Part shown: positions 11,201 to 20,060 of the stretch, in pieces | Layout: every line of letters starts with the position of its first letter | Numbering within the stretch: position 1 is the stretch's first letter | Source of the DNA: a virus | Taxonomy: Duplodnaviria; Caudoviricetes | Length of the DNA: 64,000 nucleotides | Reading direction: 5' to 3' (one strand) | Virus record (IMG/VR): IMGVR_UViG_3300028833_000006 | Location: 32,001 to 96,000 of that record | Made by a program: the position numbers and the translations under genes | Notes under the pieces: model-generated | The model's input: the letters and a program-made list of their open reading frames with translations, nothing else | Database searches by the model: none | Told to the model about the DNA's origin: nothing

Positions 11201-14099
11201 AGTCAGCAATTTGCTTTGCAATCTTAACACCGTCAAATCCGTCCATAAATCTTTGCAAAGCATCAAATGCACTATTCAGAGTATCGGTAAGACCCATGAA
11301 TAGGCTATCCCACATACTTTTATTGCCCAAGAATGCGGTAATACCCTTACCCAAATCTTCAAAATGTATCTTATCTAATGTTCCACTGATTGTATCAAAT
11401 AGTTTTCTAAAGAACCTACCAATTATTGTTGCTGTATAACTCCAATTGAAATCTGTAAATGCTCTGTTAACCATTTCAGATATACTATCAGATACAAGAT
11501 TGGGGTCAAATGCCTTTAAGAAACTGTCTACGATAGCAAATAATCCATTAAGTCCTGCGGCAAATATATGACCAATAGCACCCCAATCAATAGTTCTAAA
11601 GGATTCCATTAACGCATCACCGATAAACTTACCAAGACTCTCAAAATGGAATTTATCAACAAAATTAGTTAAGAATATTTGAATAGTATTAACTATCTCA
11701 CCAATCGTTCTGCCCACTGATTCTGCAAGCCCTTGCACCTCTAAAAATCCATTGAGGAATGTTGCGATAGAACTACCTAATCTAGCGGCGAAATCTTGTA
11801 TTTTATCCCAAGGAATGCTATCAAGAAACTCTTTTAATTTCTGCCCAGCAAGCGCACCAAGTTCATAGAAGTCACCTTTTTCCCACATCTCTCTGAGCCA
11901 ATCGGCTATCTTCTTAAACTTATCTTCAATAGGCTTCTCCTCAAAAAGACTGCCTAATCCGCCGCCACCGCCACCAAGGTCATCAAGGTCGCCCAAATCA
12001 TCAAGTAAATCTGCTTGGTCTTCAAGGTCTTTATTTTCATCCGCATGTAATACATTAAGTTTATCAAGACCACTTAACTGCTTATCAAGTTCCTTGTTGT
12101 TATCTTTTTTGGCTTTAGTGTTATCCTTAGTTGCTTTGGTATCTTTCTTTGTGCCACTTGTAACACCACCTACACCTTGCTTTACTGCTGTTAGATATGT
12201 TTTATGTCCAGTAAGAGCACCTATCACCTGTGCGATTGCATTAACTACTCTAAGTAACCAATTTACAAACATCTGTAAATAGGGAATAACTAAACTTACT
12301 ATAGGTGCAAATGCGGCTGACCATGAGTATCTTAACTGCTGTAAACTAGCCCTTAACTCATTTATCTGACCAACCATATTTCTGAATGTGGTCATAGCAC
12401 TCTTATTACCAAACTGTTGCATTGTATTCCCAGTATACTGTAATTGAGTGTCTAATTCCTTAACTTTATTTTTGAGCATATCAATATTAGACGCTACTTG
12501 TGGATTGACTTTTAAGTCAATTCCACGCTCTTCTACCTTTGCGGTATAATCGTCTAATTTCTTTTGCATCTCATCCCTTGCGGATACTATATTTTGAGTA
12601 TAATCATCTGCTAATTCTTCAATAGTTCCAGACACATCAAATGCACTCATAAGAGAACTTGTGAAACTACTGAATAGGCTTGATACCTTACCACCAATAC
12701 CCCTAGCAATATTCATAATTCCACTGCCTATGAGTGAGAATAAATTTTTGAACTTACTTAATAATCCAACTACAGCCGAGCCTACTTTACTTGTAATAAC
12801 TCCTGCTAATTGGAACATTTCTTTTTTGATATTCAATACCACTGACGGTATTTGTTTAAGTGCACCAAGCACATTATTAACTATAGTTTTACCAATAGTC
12901 TTAAAGGCATTAATAATGCCTTGATTTATGGCACTTCTCATTTTAAGTATATACGATAATGCCATAGCGAGTGCGGACACTACAAATCTTTGTACTACTC
13001 TACCCCACTCACGAGCACCACTAACTAACTGTTCTTGTCGTAATTGAATCTGTTTCTCTTTGGCTAATGATGCTTCTAATCTTGATTTAGTTTCTCTATA
13101 ATCTTCTGTAGTACGAACATCTACAACAACTTCTCCACGAGACTCTATCTCGCTCATTTGTTGATTAATGTTGCCTAACTCGGCTTCTTCTTCCTTGAGT
13201 TGTTCAACGGCTGTATCTCGTTTTTGCTCTTGTGTTTCAAGTTTAGCCTCTGTACTATCTAATTGGTTCTGTATATTCTGGCCAGCCTCTGTAAGAGTAT
13301 TAGTCCATGCTTTACCACTCTCAACTAACTGTTGCTGTTCCTCTTTTGCCTCATTTAATCCGCTCTCGGTTTCCTCTAATCTGAGATTAGCAGTATCAAG
13401 CATTGCCTTTTGTGTATTATACTCATCCTCATACACTTTTTGCTGTTTCATCAGGGTAGCAACTTCCCAATTACGTGACTGCTCTTGTTCTGCTGTAAGT
13501 GCACCGTGCTTCTTAATTAACTCATCATATCGTTCAACTACTTTCCTAATAGAATCCTCTAACGAATTATATCCTTTTACAGCCTTATTAGAATCAAATG
13601 CGTCTTGAACTGCCTTTTGATTTACTTCTGCTTCCTTAAGTTCATTGTTCATAAACTCAATGGAGCTAAGTACCTCATTGTATTCTTCGGTAGGCATATA
13701 TAACTGCCTGCCTTTAGTATCGAAACCACCCCTTAAAGTCTCTCTTAAAGTATTAGCCTTTTGATTAAGGTCATTGATTGTAGAATTAACCGCACCCAAT
13801 TGTGCCTTATACTTATTCACACTATCGGATGCTTTATCAAAATTAGTTGCAAGTTTTTGATACTCTGGATTAACTACATACTGGTTCTTGCCCATTTCTT
13901 CTAACTTTGACATCAACTCTTCGGTACTATTTCTAGCCGCTCTAAGTGAATTGTTTATAGTCATTAGTTGTGGATTTCTTTTTGCAGCACCAGAAGTACG
14001 AGATAAACTTTTATCTATCTCGTTAGACAAATTAGAAATATCTCTTTTGAATTGACTTAACTCTGCTTCTAAGGGAATTTTGATAGGGTCTGTTTCCAT
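8274..14099 (-). CDS. Tail tape measure protein
   Basis: 1941 aa; coiled-coil and Trp-periodic helical repeats; C-terminal HATG...AILGD...EVVSPL and IDGREV motifs. Confidence 0.92.
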   Translation of the reverse strand: METDPIKIPLEAELSQFKRDISNLSNEIDKSLSRTSGAAKRNPQLMTINNSLRAARNSTEELMSKLEEMGKNQYVVNPEYQKLATNFDKASDSVNKYKAQLGAVNSTINDLNQKANTLRETLRGGFDTKGRQLYMPTEEYNEVLSSIEFMNNELKEAEVNQKAVQDAFDSNKAVKGYNSLEDSIRKVVERYDELIKKHGALTAEQEQSRNWEVATLMKQQKVYEDEYNTQKAMLDTANLRLEETESGLNEAKEEQQQLVESGKAWTNTLTEAGQNIQNQLDSTEAKLETQEQKRDTAVEQLKEEEAELGNINQQMSEIESRGEVVVDVRTTEDYRETKSRLEASLAKEKQIQLRQEQLVSGAREWGRVVQRFVVSALAMALSYILKMRSAINQGIINAFKTIGKTIVNNVLGALKQIPSVVLNIKKEMFQLAGVITSKVGSAVVGLLSKFKNLFSLIGSGIMNIARGIGGKVSSLFSSFTSSLMSAFDVSGTIEELADDYTQNIVSARDEMQKKLDDYTAKVEERGIDLKVNPQVASNIDMLKNKVKELDTQLQYTGNTMQQFGNKSAMTTFRNMVGQINELRASLQQLRYSWSAAFAPIVSLVIPYLQMFVNWLLRVVNAIAQVIGALTGHKTYLTAVKQGVGGVTSGTKKDTKATKDNTKAKKDNNKELDKQLSGLDKLNVLHADENKDLEDQADLLDDLGDLDDLGGGGGGLGSLFEEKPIEDKFKKIADWLREMWEKGDFYELGALAGQKLKEFLDSIPWDKIQDFAARLGSSIATFLNGFLEVQGLAESVGRTIGEIVNTIQIFLTNFVDKFHFESLGKFIGDALMESFRTIDWGAIGHIFAAGLNGLFAIVDSFLKAFDPNLVSDSISEMVNRAFTDFNWSYTATIIGRFFRKLFDTISGTLDKIHFEDLGKGITAFLGNKSMWDSLFMGLTDTLNSAFDALQRFMDGFDGVKIAKQIADSINKGFANFSWRENGKTVGNFLYGLVDTITSFIEDIDFVQIINGIGDALEELRWQAIADRITQFIKNLKLGDIAKTLSDRIKNDIKWEEIGSTFADRLNTIFEKAKEFGENFDGKGILERLASAINKAVDEFDWETNGEALGNFIKGAIDAITNFLQKVDKDKLIQGIKTFIENMDWEGIVDSFDALLDEIELWLDKIEENIDWDKVDKLVSRVIDRVVDFLVHAIKLVDLSKVKNTIKSVIMAKLRLDWPEIVSKLLGGAVILNLLTNAGKKMGGSVVSGMLSKLGGTALGKGFTAPFKELATNSAVTSAASGLGTALGGLLVGALLGAVAGALTIGLADILAKQLGYENGIADVAKENQKAVDDLTKSIENGVIPATEEMNKVARMNNYGDSAGAGRQMDEFRKKIIETHSDLSALTGALDENNVKVRGNGLAWKDNTTALIQINEGLGILETNGNDVNGMLSILASKYGEVDNATYKFFDHLRDGDEAYVAVQNAMRESGALADITASTISQSNDTILHSSQTVEDWYASQGKSQEYYDSLVNSVSTASDKIVEKSERLNIELDKVPTSVKAAIQQADQEAQWATQSLADNMDRLPTSVKSAIERANQESQWATQSLADNLDRLPTSVKEAIQKADSEFTTANMPNGHNFGPNVQTMLDTGLSTENLASQTRQAVTAMDNEFTTANMPNAQTFGTNVANEITVPQETMIATGNASISALDSTFTTANMPNANSLGTNISEGLKTGLLGGIATIVGAITPGLQGIITAVKTIFQVHSPSVVMQNIGRDIVQGLINGWTQNIGNFVSQISNFGTQFVSAFNNVKSRVLGVVSSMVSSVRSALSSLASMISSVISQISSAVSSVSSQVSNMASNAYRSVSSRITIPRHATGQVIPPSMSEYLAILGDNNKETEVVSPLSTMKQAMIEALGEMNMYGMGGGNSGDIVIQIDGREVFRAVQTQNNQYRKQTGSSAFA

Positions 14100-14137
14100 A
14101 AATATGTACCCCTCTTAAGAAAATCTATGATTAAAGA

Positions 14138-14725
14138 TTACTGCTTATTCCATATACTACGGATATAAGCATCTGCTTCTCTTTGTTCTCGTGTTCTTAC
14201 ATCTACTTGGAAATACTGAGGATTTTCTGCTTTGAATTTCTGCTCATGTTTTTCCAATTTCTTACCCATAGCGGTCTTATATCTTATTCCTACTACGGTT
14301 GCTAATGTGCACTCTCCTACTGCCATATAATAGCCCATGAAAGTCCACCAATGTATATAACTCTCACCTCTAACTTCTTTACCTGCCACATGATTGACTG
14401 CTGAACTGATTAGCATAGAATCACCTTCCCAGTCAATCAAGTGGTAGTTGTTAGTAGGTGTATTATACTCTGGTTGGTTGAAATTAAAGAAGTTAAACAT
14501 CTTCTCCACTGCCTCAACCAAGTTGTCACCAAATATGACACCAATGTCACTTATATCATTAATATCTTCATAGAAGATAATCAATGCTGAATATATCCTC
14601 TCCTCTTTGGTCATCTCAACATCGTCAAGTGCCAAATAACAGTCAATAATCACCCTATAATCTGCTTTATTTCGGATAGGGTACATTGTACCGTCTATTT
14701 CAATTGAGGTGGGTAATTCAAACAT
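14138..14725 (-). CDS. Tail assembly chaperone (A118 Gp15-like)
   Basis: LPTSIEIDG, DWEGD and YIHWWTF motifs; immediately upstream of the tape measure gene. Confidence 0.75.
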   Translation of the reverse strand: MFELPTSIEIDGTMYPIRNKADYRVIIDCYLALDDVEMTKEERIYSALIIFYEDINDISDIGVIFGDNLVEAVEKMFNFFNFNQPEYNTPTNNYHLIDWEGDSMLISSAVNHVAGKEVRGESYIHWWTFMGYYMAVGECTLATVVGIRYKTAMGKKLEKHEQKFKAENPQYFQVDVRTREQREADAYIRSIWNKQ

Positions 14726-14727
14726 TT

Positions 14728-15339
14728 CTACTTGTTCTTCGCTCTCCTAGCGGCTCTGTTATTGCCAACGGGCTGTGTGTACTTTGCTGTATGCTTTGAC
14801 ATCTTCTTCTGCATAACCTTAAATTCTTTTGCAATATTAGTCTCATAAAGACCAAGAAGTGTCTCTATAATATGCTCATATCTGAGTGTACCATTATAGG
14901 GGTCGTACATTGTGCCACCATCAGCGGCTTTATCTGCAACTTCTGCATCAAATATATAGTCAATCTGCTCTCTCATAGCCATGTCTAATTTATCCAAAGT
15001 AGCCATAGCCTTATTGAGAACTTCTATGTCATCGGTTTCAGGGTCAAATTCAACATCTGTTATCTCATTTGCAATCTGCCTTAACTTAGCATAGCCCTTT
15101 TCAAGTCTGTTGTATAAGCCAAGGTCAGACATATTAAGTGAGATTACCTTGTTATTGTCACCATTAAGTCTAAATCTCTTACGCTTAATCGGTGCAATCT
15201 CAATGTCAACAATATCGTCTTCTACTTTAGGTTCTGACACAGGTGTCACTTTCTTCTCAACAACCTTTGTGTCTTCCTTAATCTCCTCTAACACTTCATC
15301 TTTCTCAATTTCGGTATTCTTGTTATCCACAAGTGCCAT
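14728..15339 (-). CDS. Tail assembly chaperone
   Basis: Between the major tail protein and the Gp15-like gene; start MALVDNK after AGGAGG. Confidence 0.55.
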   Translation of the reverse strand: MALVDNKNTEIEKDEVLEEIKEDTKVVEKKVTPVSEPKVEDDIVDIEIAPIKRKRFRLNGDNNKVISLNMSDLGLYNRLEKGYAKLRQIANEITDVEFDPETDDIEVLNKAMATLDKLDMAMREQIDYIFDAEVADKAADGGTMYDPYNGTLRYEHIIETLLGLYETNIAKEFKVMQKKMSKHTAKYTQPVGNNRAARRAKNK

Positions 15340-15414
15340 ATTATCCTCCTTAAAATATGGCATACACACAGGGGTATTTCACCCTATGTGTATGCTACAA
15401 TATCTCTGTAAGTC

Positions 15415-16065
15415 TTATACTGTCACGTCAGGTGTGAACTCAAAGTCATCAGATAACTTATCTACAGTACCTGGTGTTGACTTGTTTGAGTAGTGTACAG
15501 TAATGGGGAAGTTAACCTTTGTGTCACCACCAAGTGAATCGTAAGTGATTGTACACTCAGTCTGCCTCTGTGCCTTATAACCGTTGGTCTCATCACCGAT
15601 GTATGCAGTAATGATGTACATTGTGAACTGGTTAAGTTCTGATACTGCATTTCTGAACATGATATCATGCAACTTCGGTGCTAACTTTGAACCGCCAAGG
15701 ATAAGGAACGGGTCGAATGACTGCTCAGGCTCTGTCTTGTTCATATCTGTATATGAGTTACCACGAATATCAGTGGTTGTCTCAATATCGGGATTGAACT
15801 CGATAGAAGAGTCTTCGGTACGAGTACCAAGGATATCTCTAACCTCTTCGCCCTTGTAATACTTATTGGTTTCAAAAGTAGGTGCTTCTGAACCAGTTAC
15901 ATGTGTATACACATTACCACTCTTTGTGTAGTAGTCTGTGTAATTGGTAGACCAATCAGCGGGTGCTGACTCAAGAAGTGTGTACTCATCCCAAGCCGCT
16001 ACCGTAATGAGTGTCTTTCTCTCGGCTCTCTGACCTTGCGCCAGATTAAACTGCTCAACTGCCAT
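15415..16065 (-). CDS. Major tail tube protein
   Basis: Synteny; GTRTEDSSIEFNP...DSLGG pattern of siphovirus tail tube proteins. Confidence 0.75.
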   Translation of the reverse strand: MAVEQFNLAQGQRAERKTLITVAAWDEYTLLESAPADWSTNYTDYYTKSGNVYTHVTGSEAPTFETNKYYKGEEVRDILGTRTEDSSIEFNPDIETTTDIRGNSYTDMNKTEPEQSFDPFLILGGSKLAPKLHDIMFRNAVSELNQFTMYIITAYIGDETNGYKAQRQTECTITYDSLGGDTKVNFPITVHYSNKSTPGTVDKLSDDFEFTPDVTV

Positions 16066-16078
16066 AATTCATTTCCTC

Positions 16079-16570
16079 CTATGATTTATTGTATATCTTT
16101 TTGCTTGTATCTAGATAATCTACTTGTATAGTAAAACTATACTTTGCAAGCGGTGGTGTTGTCTGTGTATCCACACTGTTAAGTCTTGGATTTTCAGTTG
16201 TGACACGCATGTCATCTATCTCACAATACTCACCAAAATTAGGATAATTCCTAATGTCGGCTTGCTCGACTATCCAATCGATTATGTCTTGTACCTCTGA
16301 AAAGTCCATAACATTACTGTCAACATGACTTTCTGGGTCAACCTTTACTATTTGATTATAAGCCACTGACTTAAAATCTACAATAGTTGCGGAGTATCTT
16401 TTTTCAATACATCCGTCTATATATGCTTTGTTGACAGCCTTGTCATTTGCTAATGCTACAATCTGCTTATTATTCTCTTTCGCATTGATGAAATTGAAAT
16501 ACAGCGGATTGTCTCTAATGATAGGACAGTCTAACAAAAAAGTTATTATCGCTTGGTTCTTGTCACTCAT
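16079..16570 (-). CDS. Tail completion/terminator protein
   Basis: Position just upstream of the tail tube gene; ends AKYSFTIQVDY. Confidence 0.55.
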   Translation of the reverse strand: MSDKNQAIITFLLDCPIIRDNPLYFNFINAKENNKQIVALANDKAVNKAYIDGCIEKRYSATIVDFKSVAYNQIVKVDPESHVDSNVMDFSEVQDIIDWIVEQADIRNYPNFGEYCEIDDMRVTTENPRLNSVDTQTTPPLAKYSFTIQVDYLDTSKKIYNKS

Positions 16571-16920
16571 GCTTTATTTAACCTATCGCTCAAAATATCG
16601 GCTACCTTGGCTATAAATGTATCGCCCTCGGCATCTAACATTGCTTTATCCCATTGAGCACTCGCAAGTGGGTGGATGTTTGTATTGTGATTGGGATTTA
16701 TGTACTGCTTGGTTGAGTATGGAGCATTGTACTTAACACCAGTTTCATCTACAGTAATGTCATTAGCAAGTCTACCTGTTTGATAGGGTACATAAGGGTC
16801 ACTCATGTCTGCTAATAATTGATTTATCTCTGTAAGTGTCTCTGGGTTCTCTACAACGTCTCTAATCTCGTCTACTATCGCATCTGGATTAAATCCAGTT
16901 TTTATCCTAGAGTACATCAT
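16567..16920 (-). CDS. Minor capsid / neck protein
   Basis: DPYVPYQTGRL...YNAPYSTKQY...QWDK, resembling the A118-like minor capsid family. Confidence 0.7.
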   Translation of the reverse strand: MMYSRIKTGFNPDAIVDEIRDVVENPETLTEINQLLADMSDPYVPYQTGRLANDITVDETGVKYNAPYSTKQYINPNHNTNIHPLASAQWDKAMLDAEGDTFIAKVADILSDRLNKA

Positions 16921-17369
16921 TTACCCCTTACTCTATAATGCTCGTTGTTACGTCCACCGCCAGTATTGTCTGTAAAGTTCATTATCTCAATATAGTTTAC
17001 AAGGTCTTGGTATTTCGCTTGAATGTCGCTCATACTCTTGCCCTTTGCATACTCATCTACTTCGTCTTCTATCTCGCCCTCAAATATAACATCTCCCCTA
17101 CCAAGTGTGAAATAATCACCCATTTGGTCATTAGGTAATTGTACCCATTTAAGTCTAGGAAGATATTTATCATTCTTGGGTATACGGCAAATCGTACTTG
17201 TGGCTGATACTACGGCATCTCCAAGTCTTAACTGCTCTGCATCATTCTTGAAAAAACAACTAGGAATTACTGTTCTGTACCACTGTTTAATGCCTGTGGT
17301 GTTATCTTCATATTTATTGTAGAGTGTAATGGTATCATCCCACCAACTTGCGATTCTCTGATTGTCCAT
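16917..17369 (-). CDS. Head closure / head-tail joining protein
   Basis: DTITLYNK, FTLGRGD and HYRVRGK motifs; synteny. Confidence 0.6.
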   Translation of the reverse strand: MDNQRIASWWDDTITLYNKYEDNTTGIKQWYRTVIPSCFFKNDAEQLRLGDAVVSATSTICRIPKNDKYLPRLKWVQLPNDQMGDYFTLGRGDVIFEGEIEDEVDEYAKGKSMSDIQAKYQDLVNYIEIMNFTDNTGGGRNNEHYRVRGK

Positions 17370-17379
17370 CTTATCACCC

Positions 17380-17799
17380 TCATTCGTCTTCGTAGATACC
17401 ACGGTATAAAACCTTGTGCCCTAACTCATTGACTACACTATGAAGATATTTCCTTATGGTATCGCCTTGGCTTTCCCTAAATGTTTTTAACAAATCTGAA
17501 TACGAGATGTTGTTATAACTTATGGATACACCATCATTTGACTGACTCGCTACTGACTTACTAGCAGTACCTTCTATCCCAACTGCAAGTCCAGCGTTCT
17601 CTGCATCTTGTATCTTCTCAATCTGTGAGATTAGATACATCATACACATCTTAACCTCTTCTGGCAGTCGTGTCATTTTCTTTAGTCTGTCAAACGTATA
17701 CCAGTCTACAGTCGCTCTTGCCTCAAACTCTAATAGATTAAAGGTGGTTTCGTCTTTAGTGCCACCCATAGAAGTATATTCTTCAAAAGTTAAGTACAT
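17380..17799 (-). CDS. Head-tail connector (adaptor) protein
   Basis: MYLTFEEY...SQSNDGVSISY...LYRG. Confidence 0.75.
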   Translation of the reverse strand: MYLTFEEYTSMGGTKDETTFNLLEFEARATVDWYTFDRLKKMTRLPEEVKMCMMYLISQIEKIQDAENAGLAVGIEGTASKSVASQSNDGVSISYNNISYSDLLKTFRESQGDTIRKYLHSVVNELGHKVLYRGIYEDE

Positions 17800-17828
17800 A
17801 AAACTCCACCACCTTTACAATGATTTAC

Positions 17829-18155
17829 TTATTCAGACTTCTTTGTTGCTCGTGTCTTGGGCTTAGGCTCTGCTTTGGGTTCTACTTCTGCTGTGTCTTC
17901 ACTCTCGGCTTTAACTGCCTTTGCTGACTGTGCTTTTTCTAACTCTGCCTTAAGTGCATCTACCTCTGCCTTGAGTTCTGCTATCTCCTTAGTATGCTCT
18001 CTATATGCTCTTTGTAGATTAGGAACGTCAGCGGGAATTGTCTCTCTGATAACTGCGCCCTTATCGTCTACTATCTTATAGCCTTGATTTGCATATCTTT
18101 CGATACTCTCCTCATCAATCTTAACAACTCTATTGTCTTTTTGAGCATAAATCAT
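17829..18155 (-). CDS. Hypothetical head-associated protein
   Basis: Follows the major capsid gene; coiled coil with a Lys/Pro-rich tail. Confidence 0.5.
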   Translation of the reverse strand: MIYAQKDNRVVKIDEESIERYANQGYKIVDDKGAVIRETIPADVPNLQRAYREHTKEIAELKAEVDALKAELEKAQSAKAVKAESEDTAEVEPKAEPKPKTRATKKSE

Positions 18156-18175
18156 AAGTGACTGTCCTCCTACTA

Positions 18176-19069
18176 TTAAGGTTCAATATTGAATTGAATA
18201 GCACCAGCCTTGTTATTGAGAATGAATACGTCCTCGAATGACTCCTCAAAGTAGATGTACTTACCTTCTGAACCAGCACTAGGCTCGTCTAACTTAGAGA
18301 ATGTGTAAGATACGGGTGTAATTACTGCTGTGGGCTGTACAAGGAACATATTAATCTGCTTTGCGCCAGTAGCAGGCTTCCAACCCTGTGTGAAGTCGTA
18401 AAGTGTCTTCATAAGGGGTGCAGGAACACCAATTATCTCTACTTCGTCAAGTCTGTTGACTACTCTATCAATCTTGTGGTTATTATCTGTTACGTCTATG
18501 CTACGAGAAATCTTGTCAGCTTCCTTAAGAATGTACTTAACTTCATTCGTAACATAAAGGATTCTACCATTAACGGGTACTCTTGCATTATCCATCTTAA
18601 GCATAAGTGCATCAAATACTTGAAGTGCGTTTGCTGATGTGATAACAGTCGTGTCAGCCGCAGTAGTTGCGAGTGCATTCCAATCTGAGAAAATCTTTGA
18701 AACGCAGTATGCATCCATCTCGGGGAACTTCTGCTCTTCGTTGAATACCTTTGTGATATTCTGAATGGTAGTAACCATGTTTGTCTGGTCAACATCCATA
18801 GGATGTACGAGCGTAGACCACTTTCTCTGATTTTTAAGGGTCTTCGTCTCCCAGTTGTTGTCGTAATTTCTCTGTGCCGTTGCAATCGTGTCACGGTTAG
18901 AGTCCACACGACCTGTGGTTGAGATACTAGGTATCTCGATTGTCTTTGCGTTTACCCAACGATATGTATTGTTGTTGGGAGTGTTGTAAAGTGCACCAAA
19001 GTTAAGTGTGTACGGAAAAGCCTGTGCAAGTGCTCTTGAGTACTGTGTTGCATAATTCAATGCTGCCAT
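18176..19069 (-). CDS. Major capsid protein
   Basis: 297 aa; NYATQYSRAL, PEMDAY and FILNNK motifs; follows the scaffold gene. Confidence 0.88.
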   Translation of the reverse strand: MAALNYATQYSRALAQAFPYTLNFGALYNTPNNNTYRWVNAKTIEIPSISTTGRVDSNRDTIATAQRNYDNNWETKTLKNQRKWSTLVHPMDVDQTNMVTTIQNITKVFNEEQKFPEMDAYCVSKIFSDWNALATTAADTTVITSANALQVFDALMLKMDNARVPVNGRILYVTNEVKYILKEADKISRSIDVTDNNHKIDRVVNRLDEVEIIGVPAPLMKTLYDFTQGWKPATGAKQINMFLVQPTAVITPVSYTFSKLDEPSAGSEGKYIYFEESFEDVFILNNKAGAIQFNIEP

Positions 19070-19096
19070 TATACGTGTCCTCCTAATAATAAGTAA

Positions 19097-19837
19097 TTAG
19101 TGAGACCTTACTCCTTGAAAGTCGAATGACCAATCTTCGTCACCGCTGTCAAACCCTTGTGCTGACCCAACAAATACTTCGGGAATCTCAATATCGTCAG
19201 GCTCAACTTCCTCTACCTTAGGCTCTTCAACAATCGGATGAGACACAACTTCTGACACTTCTGTCACAATCGGCTCAGGCTCTGGTAACTCTACTTTGAA
19301 AGCGTCTGCATTCTGCTCAGAATAGATAGATACAAAATCATCTGCACCTATTAGTCTATCCCCCTCCATCTGCAACTGCTTGGCAAGCATCTCCCTAGTG
19401 AAGTCTCTCTTAGCCGCCTCTGATGAGAATTGCTTTGTGTTAGCAAATTCCTTAACAGCAAACTCATACTTCTGCTGTGCCATAAGGTCTTTGTAATTCT
19501 TAACGTCTGCTTCGTACTTACTCTGTAAGTCTGACAGTGATGTCGTTAAGTCTGCTAACTTTGTAGCGTCCTCGTCAGCCGATTTTAACTTCTCTTGCAA
19601 CTGTGCAAGGTCAGTATCCCTCGTGCTTATGGTCTCATTGAGTGTGTTTATCTGCTCGTCTCTAGTAGCAATCTCATTATCCTTCGCCTTGATAGCGGAA
19701 TCAAATTTTGATACGCTGACATACTTACCGTCTGATAAGTCTGCAAATTTCGCCCCACTCTCTTTCGCCATTGCCTCGAACTGCTCATAGGTCAACTTAC
19801 CGTCTTCGGCATTCTCGAAAAGGTCTTTAATGTTCAT
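19097..19837 (-). CDS. Capsid scaffolding protein (GP20-like)
   Basis: YVSVSKFD motif, long coiled coil, acidic tail; directly upstream of the major capsid gene. Confidence 0.8.
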   Translation of the reverse strand: MNIKDLFENAEDGKLTYEQFEAMAKESGAKFADLSDGKYVSVSKFDSAIKAKDNEIATRDEQINTLNETISTRDTDLAQLQEKLKSADEDATKLADLTTSLSDLQSKYEADVKNYKDLMAQQKYEFAVKEFANTKQFSSEAAKRDFTREMLAKQLQMEGDRLIGADDFVSIYSEQNADAFKVELPEPEPIVTEVSEVVSHPIVEEPKVEEVEPDDIEIPEVFVGSAQGFDSGDEDWSFDFQGVRSH

Positions 19838-20060
19838 TTGTCATTGTCCTCCTAACAATCTTTTATATCTGCTTTATTTGTAACTGCCCAGTCGCAGTTC
19901 TGGGCTGATTGCTACCTCATTTTACAGGTCTTTGGCTTGACCTCTATATAAATGCAATATAGACAAGGTTACATAACTAACCTATCTGTTGTATAGTATA
20001 TCATACTTCTTATTATTATGTAAACTGTTTTTCACAATATTTTGAAATATTTTTCATACA

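Noticed and set aside
14138-15339. Programmed frameshift joining the two tail chaperone genes
   Set aside because: No clear slippery heptamer was identified at the junction
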